Part shown: positions 8,187-16,984 of the stretch, piece after piece
Layout of the letters: each line of letters opens with the position of its first letter
Numbering within the stretch: position 1 is the stretch's first letter
Assembly (NCBI RefSeq): GCF_008065095.1
Contig: NZ_CP042911.1
Span: forward strand, 8,040,001-8,072,000
DNA length: 32,000 nucleotides
Direction: 5' to 3'
Origin: Gemmata obscuriglobus
GTDB lineage: Bacteria; Planctomycetota; Planctomycetia; Gemmatales; Gemmataceae
Notes under the pieces: model-generated
The model's input: the letters and a program-made list of their open reading frames with translations, nothing else
The model's database searches: none
What the model was told of the DNA's origin: nothing
Translations under genes and position numbers: made by a program

Positions 8187-8442
8187 GGATGTCGCGCTCC
8201 ATCTCCAGCCGCTTCACCTCGGCCCGCAGCCGCCGGTTTTCGTCCTCGAGCGGTGTGAGATGGCCGGATCCGGGGAACGCACTCGGCCCGTCCTTGGCGA
8301 GCGCCTTCTTCCACGTGTGAAGCCGGTTCTCCGAGACGCCCAGCCGACGCGCGGCCTCCGCAACCGAGAGCTTCTGCTCCGTAACCACCTTCACCGCCGA
8401 GAGCTTGTACTCGGGCGCGTACGTCTTCCGCTTGCCAGCCAT
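8149..8442 (-). CDS. IS3-family transposase OrfA (HTH, leucine-zipper region)
   Basis: 97 aa, ATG at 8442, preceded by the strong SD AAGGGAGA. The sequence MAGKRKTYAPEYKLSAVKVV...LSVAEAARRLGVSENRLHTWKK...ENRRLRAEVKRLEMERDILK is typical of IS3/IS911 OrfA. Confidence 0.9.
   Translation of the reverse strand: MAGKRKTYAPEYKLSAVKVVTEQKLSVAEAARRLGVSENRLHTWKKALAKDGPSAFPGSGHLTPLEDENRRLRAEVKRLEMERDILKMRRRPSIQTN
8179..8187 (-). other. Putative programmed -1 ribosomal frameshift site of the IS3 element
   Basis: On the minus strand, CTC AAA ATG (..ERDILK|M) overlaps the orfB frame C AAA AT -> N-A-S. It lies where IS3 elements carry A AAA AAG, but only an A4 run remains here. Confidence 0.45.
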
Positions 8443-8482
8443 CGGTGTCTCCCTTAATGCTTGGAGTTTACACCGCTTTCCC

Positions 8483-8509
8483 GCTGTCCACCATTCGTGG
8501 GGAACTTCA
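8483..8509. repeat. IS3-family terminal inverted repeat (orfA-proximal end)
   Basis: It is the reverse complement of 7266-7292 with 4 mismatches. Confidence 0.85.
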
Positions 8510-8589
8510 GATCCCCCAGCATGAATAACGGAACGGCCCCGCCCGGTATACGGTTGACGAGATAGCCCAACTCACCCCCTCGTCCGTCG

Positions 8590-11500
8590 CTACCGCCCCG
8601 GCGGGAGTGGTACCAGTTGCACCCGCAGCCCCGGCGCCGGCGGGCCAGCGGCGTGGTACCGGAGTTCGTCGGCCCGTGCCGGCGACCACCCGCGGCCGGT
8701 AGCGGGGCGCGCGGTCCACCCCGGGGCCGGTCGCACGCGCACGTCGACCGACGTGAGCCGGCCGTTCGGGACCGCCGGAACGGCCGGTTCGAACGGCCAT
8801 TCGGCTCCGGGCCTGCCGCCGGGATCGAGCGTCCCGGTCCATTCGAACGCCCCCTCGCGGGCGCCGGCTCGGAGCCACACTTGCACCCGCTCGCCGGACC
8901 GGCCCCACCCGGACACGTCCGGGCCGCGCACCTCCAGCACCTGCACCGCGGGAACCGAAAACTCGAACAGCGCGACCGGTGCCTCGCTGCTCCACGAAAG
9001 ATGCCCGTTCGCGTCGGCGCGGGTCGGCCCGACAGCCCAGGCGGTGGACGAGAGCACCCGGGGGGCCTCACCCGTGCGCAACACGGGCCGCAGTTCGGCG
9101 GCCGCGCCGGGCGCCGGGCGGAACGCCCGCGGCAGTTGGTTCGGGTCGAGCTTCAGGTCCGTTACCGGAACGAAGTCGCGCAGCGCGTCGGCCGAAAAAT
9201 CGATCACCCCGGTGCGGCCGACCTCCTCCACCGCAACCCGCGTCGGGCGGAGCGCGTAGACGGGGTCCGTTTCGCCCTTCACGGACCCGAACACCACCCG
9301 CGGGAACCGCAGCACCGGTTGACGGGTCAGCGGCTTACGCGGCGCGCACTCCAGCACTACCAGGAACCGACCCGCGGACGCCCCCTGGAAGTCGATCTGC
9401 AGTGGACGAACGCCGCCCTTCTCCGGTTCCAGTTGCCAGTCCCGCAGCGCGGGCGCCGTGCCGAGCGCGTCGGGCGCCCGGACCGCGACCCGCAGCACCT
9501 CCAGTTCCGCCGGGACGTCGACCCGCAGCCCCGGAACGGTGCCCTGTTCGACCCGCACGAGGTACGCGGCCGTCAGCTCGGCCCCGCCGTCGGTCACGTC
9601 CCACACGCACGCCTCGCGCACCTTGATCGCGGCGGCCCCGTCCACGCCCTCGCGCCATCGGAGGTGAACGTGCTTCACCGCGCCGAGGTCCGCCTCGATC
9701 GTGGTCCGCTCGCCCGCGGTGGCCGTCGTCTGACGGCCGAGTCGCCCCACCGATTGCGGTTGACGCGCCGCGCCGGGCAGCACCGCTGTCAGCTTCGTGT
9801 CGGGCACGTCTGGCGTCCCGAACCGCAGCTCGCGCTCGGCCCCGGACGCAGTAACGGTCGCGGCGAACCGGATGTCGATCTCGTACCGACCCGCCGCACC
9901 CAGCGGAACCGCGTACGTGTCGGGCTTGGGAGCGGTTGCGAACGCCGGCGCCCCGTTCACCGTCACCCGCTCCAGCCGCGCGTCCCCCAGCGGAAGCGTG
10001 AGCACGTTGTCCCCGGGGCGGAACGCATGCACAACGAACCGTGCCGCGACCCACGCCCCGGTGTCGTCGGCCCGCACGTCGTAAGTCACCGCCGTGACCA
10101 CTGGAGGTAACGGGGCGGGGTGGGCGAGCGCGTCGAGCCGCTCCAGCAGCGCATTCGCAGCGGTCACCTCCTCGGCGCCGCCGGCCCCGGTGCCGATGAA
10201 GACGGTGACCGGAACCGGCGGTTGGGCGATCAACCCGAACGACCCGAGCGCCAGCGTGCCGACCAGGATCCCGGCGGCGACCGCACGGCGGGCGGCAGCC
10301 CACACAAGTGCGCGGGCGAACCCAACGGGCGCGGCGCACAGCACCGGCCACGCGATCCGCGCCCACCACGGCGACCCGAACTCCGCGGCGCCAAGCGCGG
10401 CCGCCGCAACGGCCCCGAACACGAGAGCCCCGCGCGCCCGGCCGGCGCCCACAACCCCGAGCGCAACCACGACCGCGGCCGCCACCGCCGCGACGGCGTC
10501 GGCGGTGCGCACGGCCCCGACCCGTACCCACCCGTCGTCGGACCGGATAACGAGCGCCGGCGGGCCGCTGGTGATCGGCCCGCCGAGCAGCGGCGGGCCG
10601 TCCGCAACGGCCCCGTCCGGGCGCGCCGGCCACCCGGGCAACACCCCATCCGCGAAGCTCCACCACCGGCGCACCGGCGGGTCGCCCGGGACCAGCGGTA
10701 CCGGACTGGTGACCGTCCGGGTCGGCCACCCCGGCTCAGCGGGTAGGCGGTATCGTACCTCGAACCGCACCGCATCGCCGACGGGGATCGGGACCGACAG
10801 CGCTCCGCCACGCACGGCGCACGCGGCCGGGCTAAGCCAGCGCCCGTTGACGCACACCCCGCGCACTTCTGCACGGTGGGGCAGTTCCACTGGCAGCGTA
10901 CCGCCCCCGGAGTCGCGCACGGTCGCCCCGAACGCCGCAACTATCTCATCGGGGCCGCGCACTGCGGTGAGCAAATACGCGCCCGTCGCCTGTAGCCCGG
11001 CCGCCACGGGCGCCGGCCGCACGCGCAGCTCGGCGCCTTTCAGCTCGGCCGTCGCGCGCCCGCGAAGTGCGGCGGCCAGTTCGACCCGGGTGTTCTGGTC
11101 GGCACCGACCAGTCGCGGCACTCCGAGGACAAAATCGTCCGTCCCGAGTGGCGGGCCGGGTGCAACCGTCTCGAGCACGGCGGCGCCGGCCACCGGCCGC
11201 GCGAACCGCACGAGCCAGAACGTGCCCGCGCCACCCGCGCCGACCCGCGCGGGGGCACCGACGAGGTTCGCGAGCCCGTCGATCGTTCCCAGGAAAGGGG
11301 GCTCGATCAGCGCGGGCGGAATCGGGATCGCGCTCGCGGCGTTCTCGGCCGGGCCGGTGAGGCCCCACGTCCGGCCGTCGTCGGGCGGGCCGGGCACGAA
11401 CACCAGCGCCTCGGTGAGCGCGCCGCCGGCCGCGGAAAGAGAAACGCGCGTGGTCGCGAGCCACCGCCCGTCGGCCGTTCCCAGCGACACGACGGCGTCG

Positions 11501-13380
11501 GCTCTCAGCACCGGCGCCGCGGGCGCCAGTACGAGCGTGCCGGCGGGCTCCTTCGCGCGGTAGGTGTAAACGGCCCGGGCGTCGGCGGGAGCATCGGTCG
11601 CGAGCCAACCCCACAGCCCCGCCGGCGTCGCTCCGGCATCGGGTCGAAGCTGTGGCACCCAGGCGGGTGCGACCGAAACGCTGAGCCACCCGTCGCGCTC
11701 GGTCGCGCCGGCCACGGCGAACGTCGGGAACGGCACCGGCGTGCCGGGCCGCGCTCCCGGACCGCGGAACTCGAACCGTAGCTCGGCTTGTTGGCCGGCG
11801 AGCAGCGGGCGCGCCAGTTCGATGACCTGGCCGTCCGCCCACGGGGGGCCGATGTGTGCGACGAGTTCGTCCGTCCCGGCTGCGCCGCGGTCGAGGGCGA
11901 ACCCCGGCGGCGGGCGCACGGTGAGTTGGAAAAGCGCCCCGCGGGTCGCCCGCACGCCCACCCGGGCGACGAGGAGCGATGCCGCCGGTCCCGGGAACCA
12001 CTCCAACCGCTCAAAGGTGTTGAACGCGCTCTCGGGGTTGGTCAGGCGGATCGACGGCATCCGGCGGAACGGGGCGTTGCTCCCGGGGGCCATCAGCGCG
12101 CCGCTGAGCGAAAGTACCCGCGACAGATCGGTCGCCGTAACCGCGTCCGTGAGGTGGTAGTCCCCCGGCGCCCACGACCCGATGTTCAGCCCGGGGGCCA
12201 CTCGCAGTTCAACGGACTCGCTCTCGGTGACGGCGCCGAGCGGGCGGACCGCGGGCAGCGGCGCGTCTGCGTGGCGGGCGGCGTCCGGGAGCGGCGCGAC
12301 CGCGGTGACGAGCACTTTCCCACCGGGGCCGGGCTGCCGCAGAGAGACCGTAACGCGGCGCGGGCCGCCGGGCGCCGCAGGCGGCCCGACGGACCACCCG
12401 GCGCCGTTGTTCGCGATCACCTCGGTGACGCGCAGACCCGGGTCCGCGAGGAGCGTCCACTCTCCCACCGACCCGCGCACCGGGCGCAGCTCGTACTCGA
12501 ACGCCGCGGTGAGTTGGTGCGGGCTCAGCTCGTACTTCGCGACCAGCGCCGCCGTGGCCCCCGCGGACGCCGCAGCCGTGGCGCGGACCGCGAACTCGAG
12601 CCGGGGCCGGCCGCCGAACTGAAACCGCCACCGCTTCCGGCCGGGCTTGCCCTCGGCGGCGAAAGGGCCGGTGAGGAGGGCGTCGGTGAGCGGCGCGGGC
12701 ACCTGGTCGTCCAGCAGTTCCAGATCCAGCGCCGCCGACGCGCACGTCGGCACCTTCAGGTCGAACCGTCGTTCACCGGGTTCCGCGGTGCCCGCGAGGG
12801 ACCACCGAAACTGGAGCGCCTGGCGCCCTTCACGGGTGACCCACACCGCCGGTGCCGCAGCCCCGGCCGGGACGGCGAGCACCGCGGCCCCGTCGGCGCC
12901 CCACCGCGGAGAGCGGACCGCCACGCGCAACGGGTCGAGCGACAGGAACGCGGCGCCGCCGGTCGCGTTCAGCACCCCGAGCGTCGCGGTGCCGACGAGA
13001 TCGCCGCCGTCGATTGCGGCCGTGTAGTTCGCTTCGACGATTCGCGGCGCGTGCTTCGCTCGCGCGACGGCCCGACCCGCGGCCCGCACCCGGGCTTCAA
13101 ATTCGCTGCGCGGCAGGCGGAGAACCGGCCCCGGTTCGAACTCTTTCAGCAACTCGGGAAGTTTGGCGGCCGGGGCGCGGACCCGGCGGATCGGGAACGG
13201 GTCGTCGGCCGGGGTCGCGTCGAGGGCGCCGCGCACGGCGGCACCGACGGGCGGGCGCGGCGCCGCCCCGAGGGCGGCACCGGCCGCGCACGCGAGCGCC
13301 AGAATCAGCCAGCCCGACCTGGACATCATACGCGCCACCGATCCGCTTACTCCCCGTCGGCGCCGCGCCGGCGGGCTCAT
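8590..13380 (-). CDS. Giant (1596 aa) membrane-anchored envelope protein of unknown family; two large ectodomains separated by a central cluster of ~4 TM helices
   Basis: An uninterrupted 4.8-kb GC3-rich frame. It has a signal-like N-terminus (MMSRSGWLILALACAAGAALGA; the alternative ATG at 13329 may be the true start). A central hydrophobic cluster lies at about nt 10215-10510 (AVAAVAAAVVVALGVVGAG / LVFGAVAAAALGAAEF / IAWPVLCAAPVGFARALVWAA / AAGILVGTLALGSFGLIA). The protein is Ala/Gly/Pro/Arg-rich and looks beta-rich. I could not assign any motif to a known family. It starts 21 nt downstream of the preceding gene's stop, giving operon geometry. Confidence 0.85.
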   Translation of the reverse strand: MSPPARRRRGVSGSVARMMSRSGWLILALACAAGAALGAAPRPPVGAAVRGALDATPADDPFPIRRVRAPAAKLPELLKEFEPGPVLRLPRSEFEARVRAAGRAVARAKHAPRIVEANYTAAIDGGDLVGTATLGVLNATGGAAFLSLDPLRVAVRSPRWGADGAAVLAVPAGAAAPAVWVTREGRQALQFRWSLAGTAEPGERRFDLKVPTCASAALDLELLDDQVPAPLTDALLTGPFAAEGKPGRKRWRFQFGGRPRLEFAVRATAAASAGATAALVAKYELSPHQLTAAFEYELRPVRGSVGEWTLLADPGLRVTEVIANNGAGWSVGPPAAPGGPRRVTVSLRQPGPGGKVLVTAVAPLPDAARHADAPLPAVRPLGAVTESESVELRVAPGLNIGSWAPGDYHLTDAVTATDLSRVLSLSGALMAPGSNAPFRRMPSIRLTNPESAFNTFERLEWFPGPAASLLVARVGVRATRGALFQLTVRPPPGFALDRGAAGTDELVAHIGPPWADGQVIELARPLLAGQQAELRFEFRGPGARPGTPVPFPTFAVAGATERDGWLSVSVAPAWVPQLRPDAGATPAGLWGWLATDAPADARAVYTYRAKEPAGTLVLAPAAPVLRADAVVSLGTADGRWLATTRVSLSAAGGALTEALVFVPGPPDDGRTWGLTGPAENAASAIPIPPALIEPPFLGTIDGLANLVGAPARVGAGGAGTFWLVRFARPVAGAAVLETVAPGPPLGTDDFVLGVPRLVGADQNTRVELAAALRGRATAELKGAELRVRPAPVAAGLQATGAYLLTAVRGPDEIVAAFGATVRDSGGGTLPVELPHRAEVRGVCVNGRWLSPAACAVRGGALSVPIPVGDAVRFEVRYRLPAEPGWPTRTVTSPVPLVPGDPPVRRWWSFADGVLPGWPARPDGAVADGPPLLGGPITSGPPALVIRSDDGWVRVGAVRTADAVAAVAAAVVVALGVVGAGRARGALVFGAVAAAALGAAEFGSPWWARIAWPVLCAAPVGFARALVWAAARRAVAAGILVGTLALGSFGLIAQPPVPVTVFIGTGAGGAEEVTAANALLERLDALAHPAPLPPVVTAVTYDVRADDTGAWVAARFVVHAFRPGDNVLTLPLGDARLERVTVNGAPAFATAPKPDTYAVPLGAAGRYEIDIRFAATVTASGAERELRFGTPDVPDTKLTAVLPGAARQPQSVGRLGRQTTATAGERTTIEADLGAVKHVHLRWREGVDGAAAIKVREACVWDVTDGGAELTAAYLVRVEQGTVPGLRVDVPAELEVLRVAVRAPDALGTAPALRDWQLEPEKGGVRPLQIDFQGASAGRFLVVLECAPRKPLTRQPVLRFPRVVFGSVKGETDPVYALRPTRVAVEEVGRTGVIDFSADALRDFVPVTDLKLDPNQLPRAFRPAPGAAAELRPVLRTGEAPRVLSSTAWAVGPTRADANGHLSWSSEAPVALFEFSVPAVQVLEVRGPDVSGWGRSGERVQVWLRAGAREGAFEWTGTLDPGGRPGAEWPFEPAVPAVPNGRLTSVDVRVRPAPGWTARPATGRGWSPARADELRYHAAGPPAPGLRVQLVPLPPGR

Positions 13381-13401
13381 GGCGTTTGGTAACCGAAGCT
13401 G

Positions 13402-16400
13402 CTATGCGCCGCTGCCTGTGGGGGCGGGTGTGCCGGCGCCCCCCGGGCGGCTCGGCGCCGACGGCGACGGCGGGATCGTCGCGCTGGCGGTCGGCGCCGG
13501 GAGCGTGCGCGTGAACCCGGGCAGGTACCGGACCCGGCGCCGCACCTCCCACCGCACCGCCGCTTGCACCGCGACCGCGGCCAACCCGAACACGAGCCCC
13601 GGTTGCGCCGCCGCAACCGCTTGGGCCGCCGGCTGCGGGTACAGCACCACCGCCACCGCGAACCCGCCTCCCAGCGCCGCAATCGTCAGCGCCGCGGCCA
13701 CCGGGTTGAGCCACGCCAGCAGCACCACGAGCAGGAACACCACCAGCGAGCACACGACCAGGACCGCGGTCCACGGGGCGCGGGCCACCCGCACCGGCTC
13801 GGGGCCGAGCTGTCGCGCCGCCAGCGGCTCGCCCTCTTGGAGCGGTGCCGGGGCGCCCGACAGGGGCTCGTCCCCGGACGTGAACCAGCGCTCCAGCTCG
13901 GCCCGCGGGGCGGCCGACGGCGCGAACACCGGCCCGCGCCACCGCCACCGTAGCTCCGGGCGGGTCCGCCCCCCGAGCAGCAGCGGGGCCGAACCCGACG
14001 GCTCGGTGATCAGCCAGCGGACCGGACCGGAGTACGCCGCGGCCGTCACCCGCGGCGGGACGTAGAGCGTTTCCCCGACCGCCTGGCGCGTTCCGGGTAG
14101 CGCGTACTGCACCTCCAGAACCGCGGCGCGCCCGGCCGGCAGTTCGGGCCGGGATACGCGGAACAGCCGCCCGCCGTTCGCCTCACCGGCCGGCTGTAAC
14201 GGGGCGGTCAACCCGTCCAGACGGGCCGTCGGGTTGGGACCGGTTTCGTTCGGCAGCCACACCTCGACCGCCGGGGCGAGCCACCGGACGAGCCGGAACC
14301 GCGCGCGGTAGCTGACGCTCCCGTCCTCGGTGGCCCCCGCTTCGACCAACGCGCGATCGATCCACACGGCGGCGGCCGATTCCGGCGGCGCGGGGTGCAA
14401 CTCCACCGCGAACGGGTGCTCCGCGGACGCGCCGAGTGTGAGGGCAGGGAGCGTGTCGCGCTCGGGAATCACTTCAGGGGGCAGTTCGCGCCACCTCGGG
14501 GCGGCGGCGCTCACCGTTCGCCCCGTCATCGAGTTGACCCACACGCGAACCGTCGCCTCGGTGCGCGCCGCCTCGGCCGGCCAAAACAGCCCCACCGGCA
14601 CCGCCACCGGCCCGTCGGTACGTTCGGGCAGCGGGAGCGCGAAACTGATCCGTACGGTGTGATCGGCCGTGTCGGCGATCGGAACGAACGACCACACGCC
14701 GGGTGAAAGGGCGTCGAGGGCGGGAACGGTCTTCAGCCCCAGCGCGTCGGCGGGGCCGCGGAGCCGCACCGGGCGCGAGAACCCGTCAACCGCGCGCAAC
14801 CGGAGGGTTTGAGACACCACCAACTGGCGCTCGCCCACGGTCACGTCGGCGCGCACCTCTGCGGTCACATCTGGGCGGGGCTGGCGCCAGCTCAGCGCGA
14901 CCCCGGCGGCCCCGAGTTCCGCCCGACCGGTTACGGAAACGGGCACCTTTGGCGGCGTGCCGTCTGTCCCGGGCACGGCCCCCAGCGCCGCGCCGGCCGC
15001 CGCGATGTGATCACCTTCGCGGTCGCGCCAGGAGCCACGCAGCTCCAACCCGTCGGGTACGACTGCGGTGACGGTCGTGTCCCGCTCCAGGGCCTTTGGG
15101 AACCGCGGCAGCGGGACGGTCGTTGCGCTGCTACCCGCCGGCACCTCCACGGCGCCGACCAGCACCACGCTGAACGGCTGTTTGGTGGGGCGGGCGAGGC
15201 GCACCGTGACCGGGAGCCACGCGCCATCCCCCTTCCCCTGCCCGACGCCCTGCACGGCCTCGGGATCGAACTCGGACTCCAGCCCCCGCCACTCGGCCGG
15301 CACCTCGACGGTGAGGGCGTCGAGTTCCGTGCGGATCGGCCTGACGTTGATTTCGGCCCGCACGCGCCAGCTCGCACCGCTCTCGGCGAGATCGAGGCGG
15401 TACACCGGCCGCACCCGCACCGCGCCCTCGACGGGAAGCGCTTCGACGGTCAGCAGCGGAACGTCCACCGGAGCCGAACCCGTCGGGCCGGTGGTGAGCT
15501 TGAACTGTGCGACGCTGAGCTCCTCGTCCGCGCCCCCCCCGGCCGGGTCCGCACGCCGGAGGTCCGGCCCGTGTCGGAATATGAACCGGTGGTGCGGTCC
15601 GGTCTTCACGGTCACCGTCCCGGTCTGCCGCAGCACGTCGAGTGCCCCGAACGGGCCGACCGGGACCGGCTCCGACATCGTTCCGGCCTTCGGCCGCGAC
15701 TGGCGCACCACGGCGGTGACCAGCCAGTCGGCACCGGTCGAGTCGGCGGGCAGTGCGATCCTCCAAACGGGCTTGCCCGGCTCGCCCGGTCGGATGACGA
15801 CGGGCAGTTGAGCGGGACCGGTCTCCCCGGCCGCCGCGACCCGCTCCACGCTCACATCGGCGGCCGGCGGCGCGACGAGCTTTAGCTCGCGCCCGGGGCC
15901 GCGCACCTTGAACTTCGCCGTCGATTCGGCGAACCCGTCGGTTAACACGACGCCCACGTCGAGGTCGGCGCTCGACACCTGATCCGCGGGCTGCGCGGCC
16001 GCCGCGGGCGGGTCCCAGACCACCTCCAGCGATTCCACCGGGCCGAGCGGGAAGCCGCCCCCGGCGTCGTTCGGGGCCAGTTGCTTCGCGTCCACGGGGA
16101 AGCGCCGCGGTTCGGTCAGCTTGGGCGGGTCCGGCGTTTTGGTGATGAGGGCGAGGCGCTTGACGTCACCCGGCATTTCGACGGCGAGCTTCGTGACCGG
16201 CGCACGCGGGAGCCCGAACTCGAACCCGATCTCCGCCTTCGTGCCGCGCGCCGTGACCGGGGCCTCGAGGTCGAGAACGAGGGCGTGGGCTCCGGCGGAC
16301 TCGACTAGCACCGCGAGCCCGTCGTCGGCGGTTTCGAGTACCGGCTGCTTGGCCCCGTCGAGCGCCGCGCCGGTGGCGAACGCGCGGCGCCCGCCCAGCG

Positions 16401-16911
16401 CGACCGCCGCGTTGGGCTGGGCGGTGCGGAACGTGTACGTGAGCTTCAGTGCGGCGACGAGCTGGTCGCCGCGCTTCTCGAGGCGGCCGCCGATGACGCA
16501 CTCGTGCGGCGCAACCGGTTTGCGAGCAGCGAGTTCCTTTCTCAGGGCCTCGGCCCGCTCGGACAACTTTTGAAAGTCCTGCGGGCTGAGCGTCACACCG
16601 TCCGCCACCCCGAGCAGGAGGAACGTCCCGTCCGGGAGTTTCACCGCGAGCGACTTGGCGTCGGCCTTATCGCCCTTGGCTTCGGGCAACTTCTTGGACG
16701 GTTCCCCGACGGGCGGTTGAGCAGATAGGGCGGCCGAAGCGATTATCAGGGTGGCGAGAGCGACAAAGCCTGTTCTGCGGCTGGACGCGGGAGGGGAGAA
16801 CGCCACTCTCCCGCGCGCATTCGAGTCGCAGGCGGGTTCCGCAACGCGGCTCACACCCCGTTTAAGAAACGGGGGGCCGTGAGGGATAAGGTTCTCCGCG
16901 TGTGCGGGCAT
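13402..16911 (-). CDS. Giant (~1169 aa) membrane-anchored envelope protein of unknown family, paralogous to the N-terminal two-thirds of the 8590..13380 product
   Basis: The track ORF starts at a TTG (16962). I prefer the first ATG at 16911 (MPAHAENL...). It has a signal/anchor segment (TGFVALATLIIASAALSAQPP), a ~980-aa ectodomain, then a ~3-TM cluster at about nt 13550-13785 (WTAVLVVCSLVVFLLVVLLAWL / VAAALTIAALGGGFAVAVVLY / GLVFGLAAVAVQAAV). The tail is Pro/Ser/Thr-rich (LPAPTASATIPPSPSAPSRPGGAGTPAPTGSGA). Confidence 0.85.
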   Translation of the reverse strand: MPAHAENLIPHGPPFLKRGVSRVAEPACDSNARGRVAFSPPASSRRTGFVALATLIIASAALSAQPPVGEPSKKLPEAKGDKADAKSLAVKLPDGTFLLLGVADGVTLSPQDFQKLSERAEALRKELAARKPVAPHECVIGGRLEKRGDQLVAALKLTYTFRTAQPNAAVALGGRRAFATGAALDGAKQPVLETADDGLAVLVESAGAHALVLDLEAPVTARGTKAEIGFEFGLPRAPVTKLAVEMPGDVKRLALITKTPDPPKLTEPRRFPVDAKQLAPNDAGGGFPLGPVESLEVVWDPPAAAAQPADQVSSADLDVGVVLTDGFAESTAKFKVRGPGRELKLVAPPAADVSVERVAAAGETGPAQLPVVIRPGEPGKPVWRIALPADSTGADWLVTAVVRQSRPKAGTMSEPVPVGPFGALDVLRQTGTVTVKTGPHHRFIFRHGPDLRRADPAGGGADEELSVAQFKLTTGPTGSAPVDVPLLTVEALPVEGAVRVRPVYRLDLAESGASWRVRAEINVRPIRTELDALTVEVPAEWRGLESEFDPEAVQGVGQGKGDGAWLPVTVRLARPTKQPFSVVLVGAVEVPAGSSATTVPLPRFPKALERDTTVTAVVPDGLELRGSWRDREGDHIAAAGAALGAVPGTDGTPPKVPVSVTGRAELGAAGVALSWRQPRPDVTAEVRADVTVGERQLVVSQTLRLRAVDGFSRPVRLRGPADALGLKTVPALDALSPGVWSFVPIADTADHTVRISFALPLPERTDGPVAVPVGLFWPAEAARTEATVRVWVNSMTGRTVSAAAPRWRELPPEVIPERDTLPALTLGASAEHPFAVELHPAPPESAAAVWIDRALVEAGATEDGSVSYRARFRLVRWLAPAVEVWLPNETGPNPTARLDGLTAPLQPAGEANGGRLFRVSRPELPAGRAAVLEVQYALPGTRQAVGETLYVPPRVTAAAYSGPVRWLITEPSGSAPLLLGGRTRPELRWRWRGPVFAPSAAPRAELERWFTSGDEPLSGAPAPLQEGEPLAARQLGPEPVRVARAPWTAVLVVCSLVVFLLVVLLAWLNPVAAALTIAALGGGFAVAVVLYPQPAAQAVAAAQPGLVFGLAAVAVQAAVRWEVRRRVRYLPGFTRTLPAPTASATIPPSPSAPSRPGGAGTPAPTGSGA

Positions 16912-16984
16912 GGGTCGTTCCCGTTGGCGACGGCTCCGCCATCTCCAACTCAGTATACCCAAACCCCGCAGTCGATTTGCCCCA

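Larger units (their letters stand above)
7266..8509 (-). mobile_element. IS3-family insertion sequence (1244 bp) with orfA/orfB, imperfect terminal inverted repeats and a 4-bp GATC target-site duplication
   Basis: The ends are TG...CA. The left end TGGAGTTCCCCACGGAAAGTGGACAGC (7266-7292) matches the reverse complement of the right end, TGAAGTTCCCCACGAATGGTGGACAGC (8483-8509), at 23/27 positions. GATC flanks both ends (7262-7265 and 8510-8513). Internally there is an HTH orfA plus a -1-frame rve/DDE orfB. Confidence 0.9.

Noticed and set aside
8617-13392. Multiple long plus-strand ORFs (8617..10110, 10094..11563, 11788..13392) and off-frame minus ORFs inside the 1596-aa gene
   Set aside because: They are fragmented, Arg/Pro/Ser/Thr-rich and mutually overlapping. 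A single uninterrupted 4.8-kb GC3-rich minus-strand frame explains the region better.
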